DNA of 35,892 nucleotides, counting the filler, from an uncultured Synergistales bacterium (GTDB lineage Bacteria; Synergistota; Synergistia; Synergistales; Aminobacteriaceae): NCBI GenBank assembly GCA_937897575.1. It is 2 parts of 2 records of this genome, joined end to end, with 100 filler letters (N's around TTAATTAATTAA, not from the genome) between each part and the next. Parts side by side here need not be neighbours in the genome. Positions count along the whole stretch, not along the records: positions 1 to 7,450 come from CALCQG010000171.1; positions 7,551 to 35,892 come from CALCQG010000173.1. One strand, 5' to 3'. Under the pieces are notes generated by a model, which was not told the DNA's origin, searched no databases, and saw nothing but the letters and a program-made list of their open reading frames with translations. Each line of letters opens with the position of its first letter. Position 1 is the first letter of the stretch. Made by a program: the position numbers and the translations under genes. This document shows positions 1-7,995 of the stretch, one piece after another.

Positions 1-252
1 CATGTTGCCTCCGACGATGAGGAGCAGCGCAAAGGCCACCCAGTGGTCGTAGCCCGATATGAGGCCGAGAAACGTGGTGCCGAGCAGCCACCCCGCAAGA
101 GGCATGACGAACTGGAATCCGCCGCACGCAACGGCGACGCGGCCAGCCGCCCCACGGGTCACGGCTCCGAGACACGCGCCGATGCCCAGGGACGCAGCGA
201 GGGCATCCATGGAGAGGGATGCGGCGGAGAGGAGCATCTCGATCAGGGACAC
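1..252 (-). CDS. mntP: Manganese efflux pump MntP family protein (5' part, runs off window)
   Basis: Not in ORF track. Manual translation from GTG at 252 gives MSLIEMLLSAASLSMDALAASLGIG...GGFQFVMPLAGWLLG...YDHWVAFALLLIVGGNM. The LSMDA, FQxxMP and DHWxAF motifs are typical of MntP/YebN. AGGAGG RBS upstream. Confidence 0.92.
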   Translation of the reverse strand, partial: MSLIEMLLSAASLSMDALAASLGIGACLGAVTRGAAGRVAVACGGFQFVMPLAGWLLGTTFLGLISGYDHWVAFALLLIVGGNM

Positions 253-385
253 GGTACACCTCCTGCGCAGCCCCCTTCTTCGAGGTTCCGGGAACTGCCT
301 GCGCCTCCGTATTGTACTACAGAAGACGCGCGCCGCCGATAGGGTCGGACGTCACCTGCCCTTTTCCGGGGACGCCGCCAACGGT

Positions 386-413
386 TTGCTTTGGCGGGGA
401 AAAAGGGTACAAT
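386..413 (+). promoter_or_regulatory. Putative sigma70 promoter of thioesterase gene
   Basis: TTGCTT-16 nt-TACAAT, about 40 nt upstream of the start. Confidence 0.45.
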
Positions 414-452
414 AGTCCATAAAGTATTCTGAATCAAAAAAGGACGGTGAGA

Positions 453-887
453 ATGATGCTTGATATTACTTCTATCCTTGCACCGGGGATGCACGCCGAG
501 GTCAGAAGGGTTGTGGACATCGAGGACGCCTATGGAAACGCATCCTCATACCTGAACCAGTACCTCTCCACGTCGGCCTGCATCGACTTGGCCGTCAAGG
601 CCTGCATGTCCATCACGGACAGCACACTGCCCGAGGGTTATCTCTCCGTAGGGCAGCGGATGGAGCTGGGGCACGAGGTCCCCGTCATGCTGGGGACGGC
701 GGTGACCGTCCAGGCGGTGCTCAGGGAGGTCCAGGGGAACAAGCTCATCTTCGACATAACGGGTTCCGACGCCCTCGGCGTCGTCTTCAGATGCGTCAAC
801 GAACGGGTGGTTGTGAACCGCATAGGCCTCGAGGAGAAGGGGACCGCGCGGGCCCTGGAGATCCAGGCGCTGAAAAAAAGGGTGTAG
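453..887 (+). CDS. Hotdog-fold thioesterase, FlK (fluoroacetyl-CoA thioesterase)-like
   Basis: LPEGYLSVG, ELGH, VTVQAVLREVQGNKLIF and ERVVV match the FlK-family pattern. Start could be 447, 453 or 456. Confidence 0.8.
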   Translation: MMLDITSILAPGMHAEVRRVVDIEDAYGNASSYLNQYLSTSACIDLAVKACMSITDSTLPEGYLSVGQRMELGHEVPVMLGTAVTVQAVLREVQGNKLIFDITGSDALGVVFRCVNERVVVNRIGLEEKGTARALEIQALKKRV

Positions 888-903
888 GACTCTGCCGCAG
901 CAT

Positions 904-938
904 AAAGGGGAGGGCGTCGGTTGACGCCCTCCCCCTTT
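904..938. terminator. Bidirectional intrinsic terminator between convergent genes
   Basis: AAAGGGGAGGGCGTC-GGTT-GACGCCCTCCCCCTTT stem-loop with A/T flanks. Confidence 0.75.
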
Positions 939-959
939 GTTGTGTTGTCACCTCGACGT

Positions 960-1397
960 TCACCGCTCCCTCGCGTTCGCCTCGCCGCACTGGGGGCAGT
1001 ACCCGTACATGGTCGTCTCCGTCCGGAGGACCGTGAAGCCCTCCATCCCCTCCTGCCCGCAGCAGGCCGAAGATGAGGAACAGGGGATATCCTCGAGGAC
1101 CCCGCACTGCACACAGAAGAAGTGCTGATGCTCCGCCCCATAGGTGTCGTATCGAACCCCGCTCTCGCTCAGACCCTGCACTTCCCGAATCTCACCCATG
1201 GCGACCAGCTCGCGGAGCGTATTGTACACCGTCGTCCGGGAGACCTCGGGCATGACGGCGACGACGCGACTGTACACGTCATCGGCCGTCGGATGGGACC
1301 GATCGCTCGAGAGGATCTCGATGATAAGGCGACGCTGGGGGGTGAGCTTCTGCTTTCTCTTCCGCAGTTCGCCGGCTATGTGCTCAAGACTGTGCAT
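960..1397 (-). CDS. Fur-family transcriptional repressor (PerR-like)
   Basis: KLTPQR, HPTADDVY, SRTTVYNTL, RYD, HQHFFCxxC and C-terminal GYCxxC. TATAAT at 1461-1466 (minus strand). Confidence 0.92.
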   Translation of the reverse strand: MHSLEHIAGELRKRKQKLTPQRRLIIEILSSDRSHPTADDVYSRVVAVMPEVSRTTVYNTLRELVAMGEIREVQGLSESGVRYDTYGAEHQHFFCVQCGVLEDIPCSSSSACCGQEGMEGFTVLRTETTMYGYCPQCGEANARER

Positions 1398-1580
1398 CGA
1401 ACCAGCTCCCTTTTCTCCATGGCCCGCGTCCCAAAGGGACGCGGGAGTTCTTGTCCTTCTATTATACAGGAAAGGGTCGGGGAGAATCTCCTTGAGGCAT
1501 TCGCCAGGACGCTCCGACCTTCGGCAACGTCGTCGGCCCCACGGGCCAGCGAAGGACCCCCCGCGGGAATGACCCCGCCT

Positions 1581-2081
1581 CTACCCCTTCGGCGACGGCG
1601 CGGAGCGCTCCCACCGCTCCTCAATGATCACGCCGTCGGTCCATTCATCGTTGGCCTTCCTCTCCACCGGGACAAAGCCGTACTCTTCGTAGAGATGGCG
1701 CGCTGCGTGCAGAACCTCGGCCGTCCACAGGGTGACCTTGTCGTACCCCCGCTCCTGGCAGAATGCCATGGCCCGGTCCAGAAGCCTGCGCCCGAGCCCT
1801 CTGCCCTGGACCGTTTCGTCCACGATGAACCACCGCAACTGAGCCGAACCCTCACCGCTCTTGACGATAGCGATGGCCCCCACGACCACCCCGTCCCGGA
1901 GCGCGACCCAGAGCTGCCCGCCCGACGGGTCCCTCAGAAATCCGGCCATGCCGGCCATGACGTAGTGTTCGAAGATTCCCCTGAAGCCGTACGTCCTTCC
2001 GTACAGCCGCATGTGCAGATGGGACACCAGGCTCGCGTCCCCCGGTTCGTACTCGCGGATGACGATCTCCTCCGCCATCAT
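1581..2081 (-). CDS. GNAT-family N-acetyltransferase
   Basis: AQLRWFIVD...QGRGLGRRLL acetyl-CoA motif and ARHLYEEYGF. Confidence 0.9.
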   Translation of the reverse strand: MMAEEIVIREYEPGDASLVSHLHMRLYGRTYGFRGIFEHYVMAGMAGFLRDPSGGQLWVALRDGVVVGAIAIVKSGEGSAQLRWFIVDETVQGRGLGRRLLDRAMAFCQERGYDKVTLWTAEVLHAARHLYEEYGFVPVERKANDEWTDGVIIEERWERSAPSPKG

Positions 2082-2114
2082 TTTTCTCCCTCCGCTCTCC
2101 CGCTCCGATAGGCG

Positions 2115-2926
2115 TCACGCGCCGTCGTAGAGCTTGTACAGGGCCTGGGTGCCGTCGTCCCCGCAGCCCTTCGCCGCAAGGCGCTCATATCCTTGATGAA
2201 GTGCTTCACGTAGAAGCCCGGGGCGAAATTCCCCGCAAGGATCCGGGGGCCGAGGTTGGACAGGGACCAACTCCCCGCCGCGCCGCCCGAGATGCTCGAG
2301 AGGACCTGCTCCGGATCGAGCCCGGCCCCCTTCGCATAGGCGAGGGCCTCGCAGACGCCCATCATGTTCGATGCGATGACGATCTGGTTGGCCATCTTGG
2401 TGTGCTGGCCGCACCCCGGCCCACCCTGGAGAACGACGTTCTGCCCAAGGAGGTGAAAAATGGGCAGCACCTGCTCATAGGCCTCTTTTTCGCCTCCGAC
2501 CATGATGGACAGCGTCCCCTCCCGCGCGCCCCTGTCTCCTCCCGAGACGGGAGCGTCAAGGGCGGAAATGCCCCTTTCCGCCGCCGCCCCGGCAATACGA
2601 ACGGCCAGCGCCGGGCTGGACGTGGTCATGTCGACGAGGACCGTCCCCGGCCTGGCGTTCGCGACGAGCCCCTTCGCGCCGAGGTAGACCTCCTCCACGT
2701 CCTTCGGATATCCGACGATGGTGATCACCACGTCGCTCTCCGCCGCAAGGGACGGAATGTCGTCCTTCCATCGCGCCCCGCGGGCGACGAGCTCCGTCGC
2801 CTTGTCCCGGGAGCGGTTGTACACGAGCAGGTCGTACCCCCCCGCGAGAATGTGCCCCGCCATGCTGTGCCCCATGACGCCCAACCCTATGAATCCGACA
2901 ACGGTCTTCCCCTTGTCCGCACCCAT
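2115..2926 (-). pseudogene. NAD(P)-dependent oxidoreductase, 3-hydroxyisobutyrate dehydrogenase/YkwC family, with internal deletion and frameshift near the C-terminus
   Basis: GFIGLGVMG, DAPVSGG and GQHTKMANQ motifs. After FYVKHFIKDM the homologous tail YERLAAKGCGDDGTQALYKLYDGA* is in another frame ending at 2115. ATG 2926 has an AGGAGG RBS. Could be an assembly error. Confidence 0.8.
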
Positions 2927-3066
2927 TGCAACGACCTCCTTGACCGTGATAGCCCGCCATCGCCCCGGTGCACCCACTTTTTCCCTTCTCGGGGTACAAT
3001 AGGGGCGAAATCATCTCATAGGCCGGTGACTTGTCCGTATTGTAAACCAAAAGGAGGCGGAAGATC

Positions 3067-4125
3067 ATGAAATCCATGAACCGTATCGAGCAGCTGCTGG
3101 GGAGCGAGGCGCAGCACCTGCTGGCGCACGAGTGCAAGACCGTCGACAGGGCGATGCTCCACCTTCCGGGTCCCGACTTCGTGGACAAGGTCGTCGCACC
3201 GTCGGACCGCTCCATCCCCGTGATGCGGTCGATGCAGCAACTCTTCGACCACGGTCGGCTCGCCGGGACGGGGTACCTCTCCATCCTCCCCGTGGACCAG
3301 GGGATCGAGCACTCCGCCGGGGCGAGCTTCGCGCCGAACCCCATCTACTTCGACCCCGAGAACATCGTGAAGCTCGCAATCGAAGGCGGATGCAACGCCG
3401 TGGCGAGCACCCTGGGCGTCCTCGGCTCCGTGGCCCGCAAGTACGCGCACAGGATCCCCTTCGTCATGAAGATCAACCACAACGAGCTGTTGAGCTACCC
3501 CACCAAGTACGACCAGATTCTCTTCGCGTCCGTGGAGCAGGCCTACGACATGGGGGCCGTCGCCGTGGGGGCGACGATCTACTTCGGCAGCGAGGAGTCC
3601 GACCGGCAGATCCAGGAGGTCTCGGCGGCCTTCCAGGCGGCCCACGAACTCGGGATGGCGACGATCCTCTGGTGCTATCTGCGCAACAACGCCTTCAAGA
3701 CGAGCGAGAAGGACTACCATCTGGCGGCGGACCTCACGGGCCAGGCCAACCATCTCGGCGTCACCATCCAGGCGGACATCATCAAGCAGAAGCTTCCGGA
3801 GAACAACGGCGGATACACCGCCATCAAGTTCGGCAAGACGGATAAGGCGGTGTATACGACCCTCTCGTCGGACCACCCCATCGACCTCACCCGGTACCAG
3901 GTGGCCAACTGTTACATGGGGCGCGCCGGCCTCATCAACTCCGGCGGGGCGTCGGGCGCCAACGACCTGGTCGACGCCGTGAAGACGGCCGTCATCAACA
4001 AACGCGCCGGCGGTATGGGGCTCATCCTCGGCCGGAAGGCCTTCCAGAAACCCATGAAGGAGGGCGTGGAGATCATTCACGCCGTGCAGGACGTCTACCT
4101 CGAGAAGGGCGTCACCATCGCCTGA
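3067..4125 (+). CDS. fbaB: Class I fructose-bisphosphate aldolase (DhnA/FbaB type)
   Basis: [27 protein letters not shown] (Schiff-base Lys) and [19 protein letters not shown]. Confidence 0.95.
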   Translation: MKSMNRIEQLLGSEAQHLLAHECKTVDRAMLHLPGPDFVDKVVAPSDRSIPVMRSMQQLFDHGRLAGTGYLSILPVDQGIEHSAGASFAPNPIYFDPENIVKLAIEGGCNAVASTLGVLGSVARKYAHRIPFVMKINHNELLSYPTKYDQILFASVEQAYDMGAVAVGATIYFGSEESDRQIQEVSAAFQAAHELGMATILWCYLRNNAFKTSEKDYHLAADLTGQANHLGVTIQADIIKQKLPENNGGYTAIKFGKTDKAVYTTLSSDHPIDLTRYQVANCYMGRAGLINSGGASGANDLVDAVKTAVINKRAGGMGLILGRKAFQKPMKEGVEIIHAVQDVYLEKGVTIA

Positions 4126-4142
4126 CCCTGCACTGAATGCCG

Positions 4143-4173
4143 GGGGTGCGCAGACCGTGCGCGCCCCTTTTTT
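4143..4173 (+). terminator. Intrinsic terminator after fbaB
   Basis: GGGGTGCGCA-GACCG-TGCGCGCCCC followed by a T run. Confidence 0.75.
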
Positions 4174-4666
4174 ATTGGGGCGACGGTCTGCTGACCCGGG
4201 CCTTCCCGCGCTTCTCCTCGATGTCGAGGCAGAGCACGGTGACCCCGGCAAGCTCCTTCTCGGAGAACGCATGCGAGAAATCCTCGCCGGCGTATTTCTT
4301 CATGAGCGCCACAAGGGCCCTGTTCTTCTCGTCATTGTCCCCGACCACCCGTACTGTACCGGAGGCTATGGCGCTTCGATAGTCCATGCCGTAGTCGCAG
4401 GGGTGCGGCCCCGCCGTCAGGGCGGTTCCCACCTCCGTCTGCAGGCAGGCTTTGGGATTCTTCCGAAGGATATCCATTCTCCGGCCTTCGTGGGCGCAGT
4501 GCAGGTAGAGGGCCGAGCCGCACAGCACGAAGTTCATGGGAACCACATAGGGCTCATCTCCGTCGCAGAGCCCCAGATGCCCAACCAGCGCTTCATGAAA
4601 AATTCCGTCGATGGCCCCTTCGTCCGTAATCTCCCGGTCGGCTCTTCGCATGTTCCGATTCATCAT
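4172..4666 (-). CDS. Pyridoxamine 5'-phosphate oxidase-like FMN-binding protein (Nim-like)
   Basis: MRRxDREI, PYVVPMNF, YLHCAHEGRRMDILRKNP and YRSAIASG are typical of the Pyridox_ox_2/NimA-like family. Confidence 0.85.
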   Translation of the reverse strand: MMNRNMRRADREITDEGAIDGIFHEALVGHLGLCDGDEPYVVPMNFVLCGSALYLHCAHEGRRMDILRKNPKACLQTEVGTALTAGPHPCDYGMDYRSAIASGTVRVVGDNDEKNRALVALMKKYAGEDFSHAFSEKELAGVTVLCLDIEEKRGKARVSRPSPQ

Positions 4667-4731
4667 GGCCACGCTCCCGTCTGATATACTTGCTTTCAGT
4701 GCATTATAGAGAAAGTTCGGAGGCTTTCATA

Positions 4732-5496
4732 GTGCGTCACGGCGCCGCGTTTTTCACACGAAGGGTTCTCAAGACGGGGCTGCTCCTCCTGATGCTCTCT
4801 TCATGGAGCGCTCAAACCTCCGCGGACACCTCCGAATGGGGGCAGTCCGTCCCCGGCGTCCTGCGTCGGTTCGTGCCGAAGGGGAGGGAGATCGCGCTGA
4901 CCTTCGACGCCTGCGGCGGCCCGAAGGGCTCCGCCGTGGACCGGGAGCTGCTGGATCTCCTCCGGAGGGAGAAGATCCCCGCCACGCTCTTCATCAGCGG
5001 CCGGTGGCTCGAGAAGAACGAGGGGACGGCCCGGGAGCTGGCGGCCGACCCTCTCTTCCTCGTCGCGAACCACGGCCTGAACCATCGCCCTCTGTCCGTC
5101 TCGGGGCGCTCCGCCTACCGCATTCAGGGGACCCGCTCCCCCGACGAGGTCCGGCGGGAGATCGGCGAAAACGCCGCCCTTCTCGCCGGCCTCACGGGCA
5201 CGACGACGACCCTCTTCCGCTCCGGCACGAACCACTACGACGAGGCGGCCGTGCGTCTGGCGGAGGCGATGGGGCACAAGGTCGTGGGCTACACCCTGAA
5301 CGGCGACGGCGGCGCGACCTCCCCCCGAAAGAGGATCGTCGACGGTCTTCTCGCCCTCACAGGCGGCGAGATCGTCCTCTTTCACATGAACCGCCCCGAG
5401 GGCGCCACATTCGAGGGGCTCCGCGACGCTCTCCCCGAGCTGAAGCGGCGGGGCTTCCGCTTCATTCTCCTCTCCGATCGCCCCCTGCGTCCCTGA
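4732..5496 (+). CDS. Secreted polysaccharide deacetylase (CE4/NodB domain)
   Basis: Signal-peptide-like N-terminus, ALTFDACGG, IPATLF, NHGLNH, IVLFHMN. GTG at 4732 with GGAGG RBS. Confidence 0.85.
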   Translation: MRHGAAFFTRRVLKTGLLLLMLSSWSAQTSADTSEWGQSVPGVLRRFVPKGREIALTFDACGGPKGSAVDRELLDLLRREKIPATLFISGRWLEKNEGTARELAADPLFLVANHGLNHRPLSVSGRSAYRIQGTRSPDEVRREIGENAALLAGLTGTTTTLFRSGTNHYDEAAVRLAEAMGHKVVGYTLNGDGGATSPRKRIVDGLLALTGGEIVLFHMNRPEGATFEGLRDALPELKRRGFRFILLSDRPLRP

Positions 5497-7123
5497 GGTC
5501 GTCCTCCCCTTCGCCGGGAGGAACGTACCCGCGGCCTCTCTGACAGGGAACGCCCGCGAGTTCGAGCAGCACCTCCCGCACCCGCCTCGCCCTGCTTCCG
5601 TCTGCGAGGGCGATGAGCCGGTCCCCCACGGCGAGCACCGTGTCCCCGCGGGGCAGTATCTTTTCATCCCCGCGCAGGACGTGCACCAACAGGCACCCCT
5701 TCGGCAGCGCTGCCTCGCGGATCGCCCGGCCGTCCAGGGGCGACCCCGGACAGATGGACGCCTCGAGCAGGAGGTCCCTCTGACCCCGGCTGTCGGCGGA
5801 CCTTCTCAGAAGCCGGACGAGCAGGGCGTCGTATATGGGGCGCGCCTTCAGAAGGTCGGCCGTCATATGGGCCGTGAGCGCGACGAGGGACACGGCGAGC
5901 AGATGGGAGAAGGAGCCCGTCATCTCCGTGATGAGAAGGATGCCCGTTATGGGAGCCCGGACAACGGCGGTGAAGAACCCCGCCATGCCGACCACGAGAA
6001 AGTTCGTCACCGTGGACGGGTCGACGCCGCAGAGCTGGGCGACGGCCGTCCCGTAGAGGGCGCCAAGGGCCGCTCCCTGGGCGAGCATGGGGAGGAAGAT
6101 GCCGCCCGGCGCGCCTGAGCCGAAGGAGAAGGCCGTGAAGAGCAGGTTGACGAGAAAGAGCGACAGGATGAAGCCGAGGGAGCCGCCGTGGTGCGCCAGG
6201 TGCTCCACCATGGGGTGCCCCCCGCCGAGGACCAGGGGCAGCGCGGGGCCGACAATGACGGCGGCCAGGGCGGGCAGGACGATTCGATACCTGGGCGCAA
6301 CGGCGATCTTTCCGTAGAGGTCCTGCACCGAGAGGATCACCCGGCAGAAGAGCGCGCCCCCCACCCCGCAGAGGACGCCGAGGAGCAGGAGGTACCCGTA
6401 CAGTCCGAGGGGAAGGGGCTCCGGGGCGCCGAAGGAGAAAATGGGACCGAGGCCGAAGACGTACTTGGAGACGGCATCCGCCGCGAGAGAGGCCGTCATG
6501 GCCGAGAGCAAAATCAACGGGGAGAAGCTCTTGTGCACCTCCTCGAGGGCGAAGACCACGCCGGCGAGGGGGGCGTTGAAGGCCGCCGAAAGCCCTGCGG
6601 AGGCGCCGCTCGAGATCATGAGGCGCTCCTCCAGGGTGTCCTTCTTTCCCAGCCGGGCGATGCCCTTGCCGGAGGCCGAACCGATCTGAATCGACGGACC
6701 CTCCCGGCCGAGGGACAGGCCGAGGGCGATGGACAGGGCCCCTCCCAGGAACTTCGCGGTAAGGACGCGCCACCAGTTCATGGAGATCTGTCCGAGGAGC
6801 TCGCCCTCCACCTGGGGGATGCCGCTCCCCCGGGCGAGGGGCTCCCACTCCATGATCCGGCCTATGACCCAGGCCGCGAGGCACCACAGGGGGACGAGCA
6901 GAGGGATAGGGATGGGCTCCTCGCCCGAGAGGGCGAAGAACGAAAAGCGCTCCGCCTGACCGAGGAGGATGCGGTAGAGGATCGAGGCGAACCCGGCCGT
7001 CAGCCCCACGGCGAGCCCCTGGAAGATCACGTGGACACGGTATCCACTTCCTCCGGCAAGGAGGGAGAACCCTTTCATCGTCACAGGCCGCACCTTTCCG
7101 GACATACTCCTGTTCTTGTCCAT
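5462..7123 (-). CDS. clcA: ClC-family H+/Cl- exchange transporter with C-terminal TrkA_C (RCK_C) domain
   Basis: GSGIP, GREGP (gating Glu), FALEE (inner Glu) and GGIFLP. C-terminal SPLDGRAIRE...LPKGCLLV...PRGDTVL. Confidence 0.9.
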   Translation of the reverse strand: MDKNRSMSGKVRPVTMKGFSLLAGGSGYRVHVIFQGLAVGLTAGFASILYRILLGQAERFSFFALSGEEPIPIPLLVPLWCLAAWVIGRIMEWEPLARGSGIPQVEGELLGQISMNWWRVLTAKFLGGALSIALGLSLGREGPSIQIGSASGKGIARLGKKDTLEERLMISSGASAGLSAAFNAPLAGVVFALEEVHKSFSPLILLSAMTASLAADAVSKYVFGLGPIFSFGAPEPLPLGLYGYLLLLGVLCGVGGALFCRVILSVQDLYGKIAVAPRYRIVLPALAAVIVGPALPLVLGGGHPMVEHLAHHGGSLGFILSLFLVNLLFTAFSFGSGAPGGIFLPMLAQGAALGALYGTAVAQLCGVDPSTVTNFLVVGMAGFFTAVVRAPITGILLITEMTGSFSHLLAVSLVALTAHMTADLLKARPIYDALLVRLLRRSADSRGQRDLLLEASICPGSPLDGRAIREAALPKGCLLVHVLRGDEKILPRGDTVLAVGDRLIALADGSRARRVREVLLELAGVPCQRGRGYVPPGEGEDDLRDAGGDRRGE

Positions 7124-7140
7124 CTTCCGGGGACTCGTTC

Positions 7141-7200
7141 ACACCCTCTCGGCCCGGCCGTCGCCGTAGGAACGACCGGCAGCCGCAGGCAACCCGGTGC
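7141..7200 (-). ncRNA. Candidate cis-regulatory RNA in clcA leader (resembles DUF1646/Na+ or nhaA-I/Li+ riboswitch architecture)
   Basis: Minus strand reads GCACC-GGGTTG-CCTGCGG-CTGC-[hairpin]-GCCGGGCCGAGAG-GGTGT. A closing stem encloses GGGTTG and CGGGCC elements. The match is from memory only. Confidence 0.4.
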
Positions 7201-7450
7201 CGAGATCGGGGCCTTCATCGCTCGCCCTGACATCCGTCCGAACAGCATAGGACCATGCTCCTTCAGCCCGGTTTTCCTATACAATTACCCCATATCCCCG
7301 GCAAAAGCAAGGTGAGATCCGTGCAAAAAATGGACGAAGCAACGTTTCGCTCTTCAATCGTGGAGAATTTTTTCGGGACGGCACGCCTCTGGGGGGCCTT
7401 CGCCACCTCGCGGACGACGGAAATCGACGGGTGCCTCTGCGTGTGCATCG

Positions 7451-7550
7451 NNNNNNNNNNNNNNNNNNNNNNNNNNNNNNNNNNNNNNNNNNNNTTAATT
7501 AATTAANNNNNNNNNNNNNNNNNNNNNNNNNNNNNNNNNNNNNNNNNNNN
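7451..7550. other. Artificial scaffold gap/linker (44 N + TTAATTAATTAA + 44 N)
   Basis: Exactly 100 nt. The central 12-mer gives stops in all six frames. Confidence 0.97.
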
Positions 7551-7559
7551 GGTAGAGAG

Positions 7560-7671
7560 AGTGAGAGAACGACTTAAGGATACCCGGACGCCGCCCCTTT
7601 CGTCCACTGCACGGAGGATGAAAGACGCTCCTCGGTTCATAGCGCCCTGAGGGTATGCCGGCCCCCACTAT
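7560..7671 (-). other. Non-coding rod-like structured sequence at contig edge (possible IS end/ncRNA)
   Basis: Nested complementary segments 7560-7567/7662-7669, 7580-7585/7651-7656, 7586-7592/7641-7647 and 7597-7605/7616-7624. Confidence 0.3.
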
Positions 7672-7889
7672 CTTGGGATGGACGGGCCGCCGTAAGTGGG
7701 TCCGTCACCGCCCTACGGGACCAGGGCTCGCCGCACCCGGGCGGTCGTCCGCGTCGCTCGATCCCGGGGGCCTTCCCTCGACGGGGACACGGGCGCTCTG
7801 TGTTCGCGCCGGTCGGGAAGAGCCCTTTTCCCGCCCGCTGCCCGCACCTTCTCCGAAGCGCACTCGCCATGAGGCGCTTCCCCCCTCCC

Positions 7890-7923
7890 TTGGGGACAGA
7901 GGGCAGTCTTGCTATAATAGCAA
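7890..7923 (+). promoter_or_regulatory. fprA promoter (extended -10 TGcTATAAT) overlapped by 7-1-7 palindrome TTGCTAT-A-ATAGCAA
   Basis: TATAAT at 7913-7918, palindrome at 7909-7923. Confidence 0.55.
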
Positions 7924-7995
7924 CTGGCATAACCGTGGAGGAGCGACGGGGTCGTCGCCTTCCCAGTATTTCGTGTCTCATGAAAGGAGAATACC

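Noticed and set aside
253..450. yybP-ykoY Mn2+ riboswitch upstream of mntP
   Set aside because: No GGGAGUAG/GAGACC core seen. A TACAAT near 311-316 implies a short leader.
5462..5496. 35-bp convergent overlap of clcA and deacetylase 3' ends
   Set aside because: Short tail-to-tail overlaps are common in GC-rich genomes, and there is no further signal.
7200..7290. Fluoride or glycine riboswitch upstream of clcA
   Set aside because: No GGCGAUGG...CUGAUGAC fluoride core. GCTGAAGGAGCA lacks the GGAGA and CUCUCAGG glycine elements.
7495..7506. TTAATTAATTAA palindrome as a biological site
   Set aside because: It is centred in an N gap and is an artificial linker.
7920..7990. ZMP/ZTP (pfl) riboswitch suggested by ACTGGC...GGAGCGAC
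   Set aside because: The 3' GCCUGGGC pseudoknot hairpin is missing and the gene context (fprA) does not fit.
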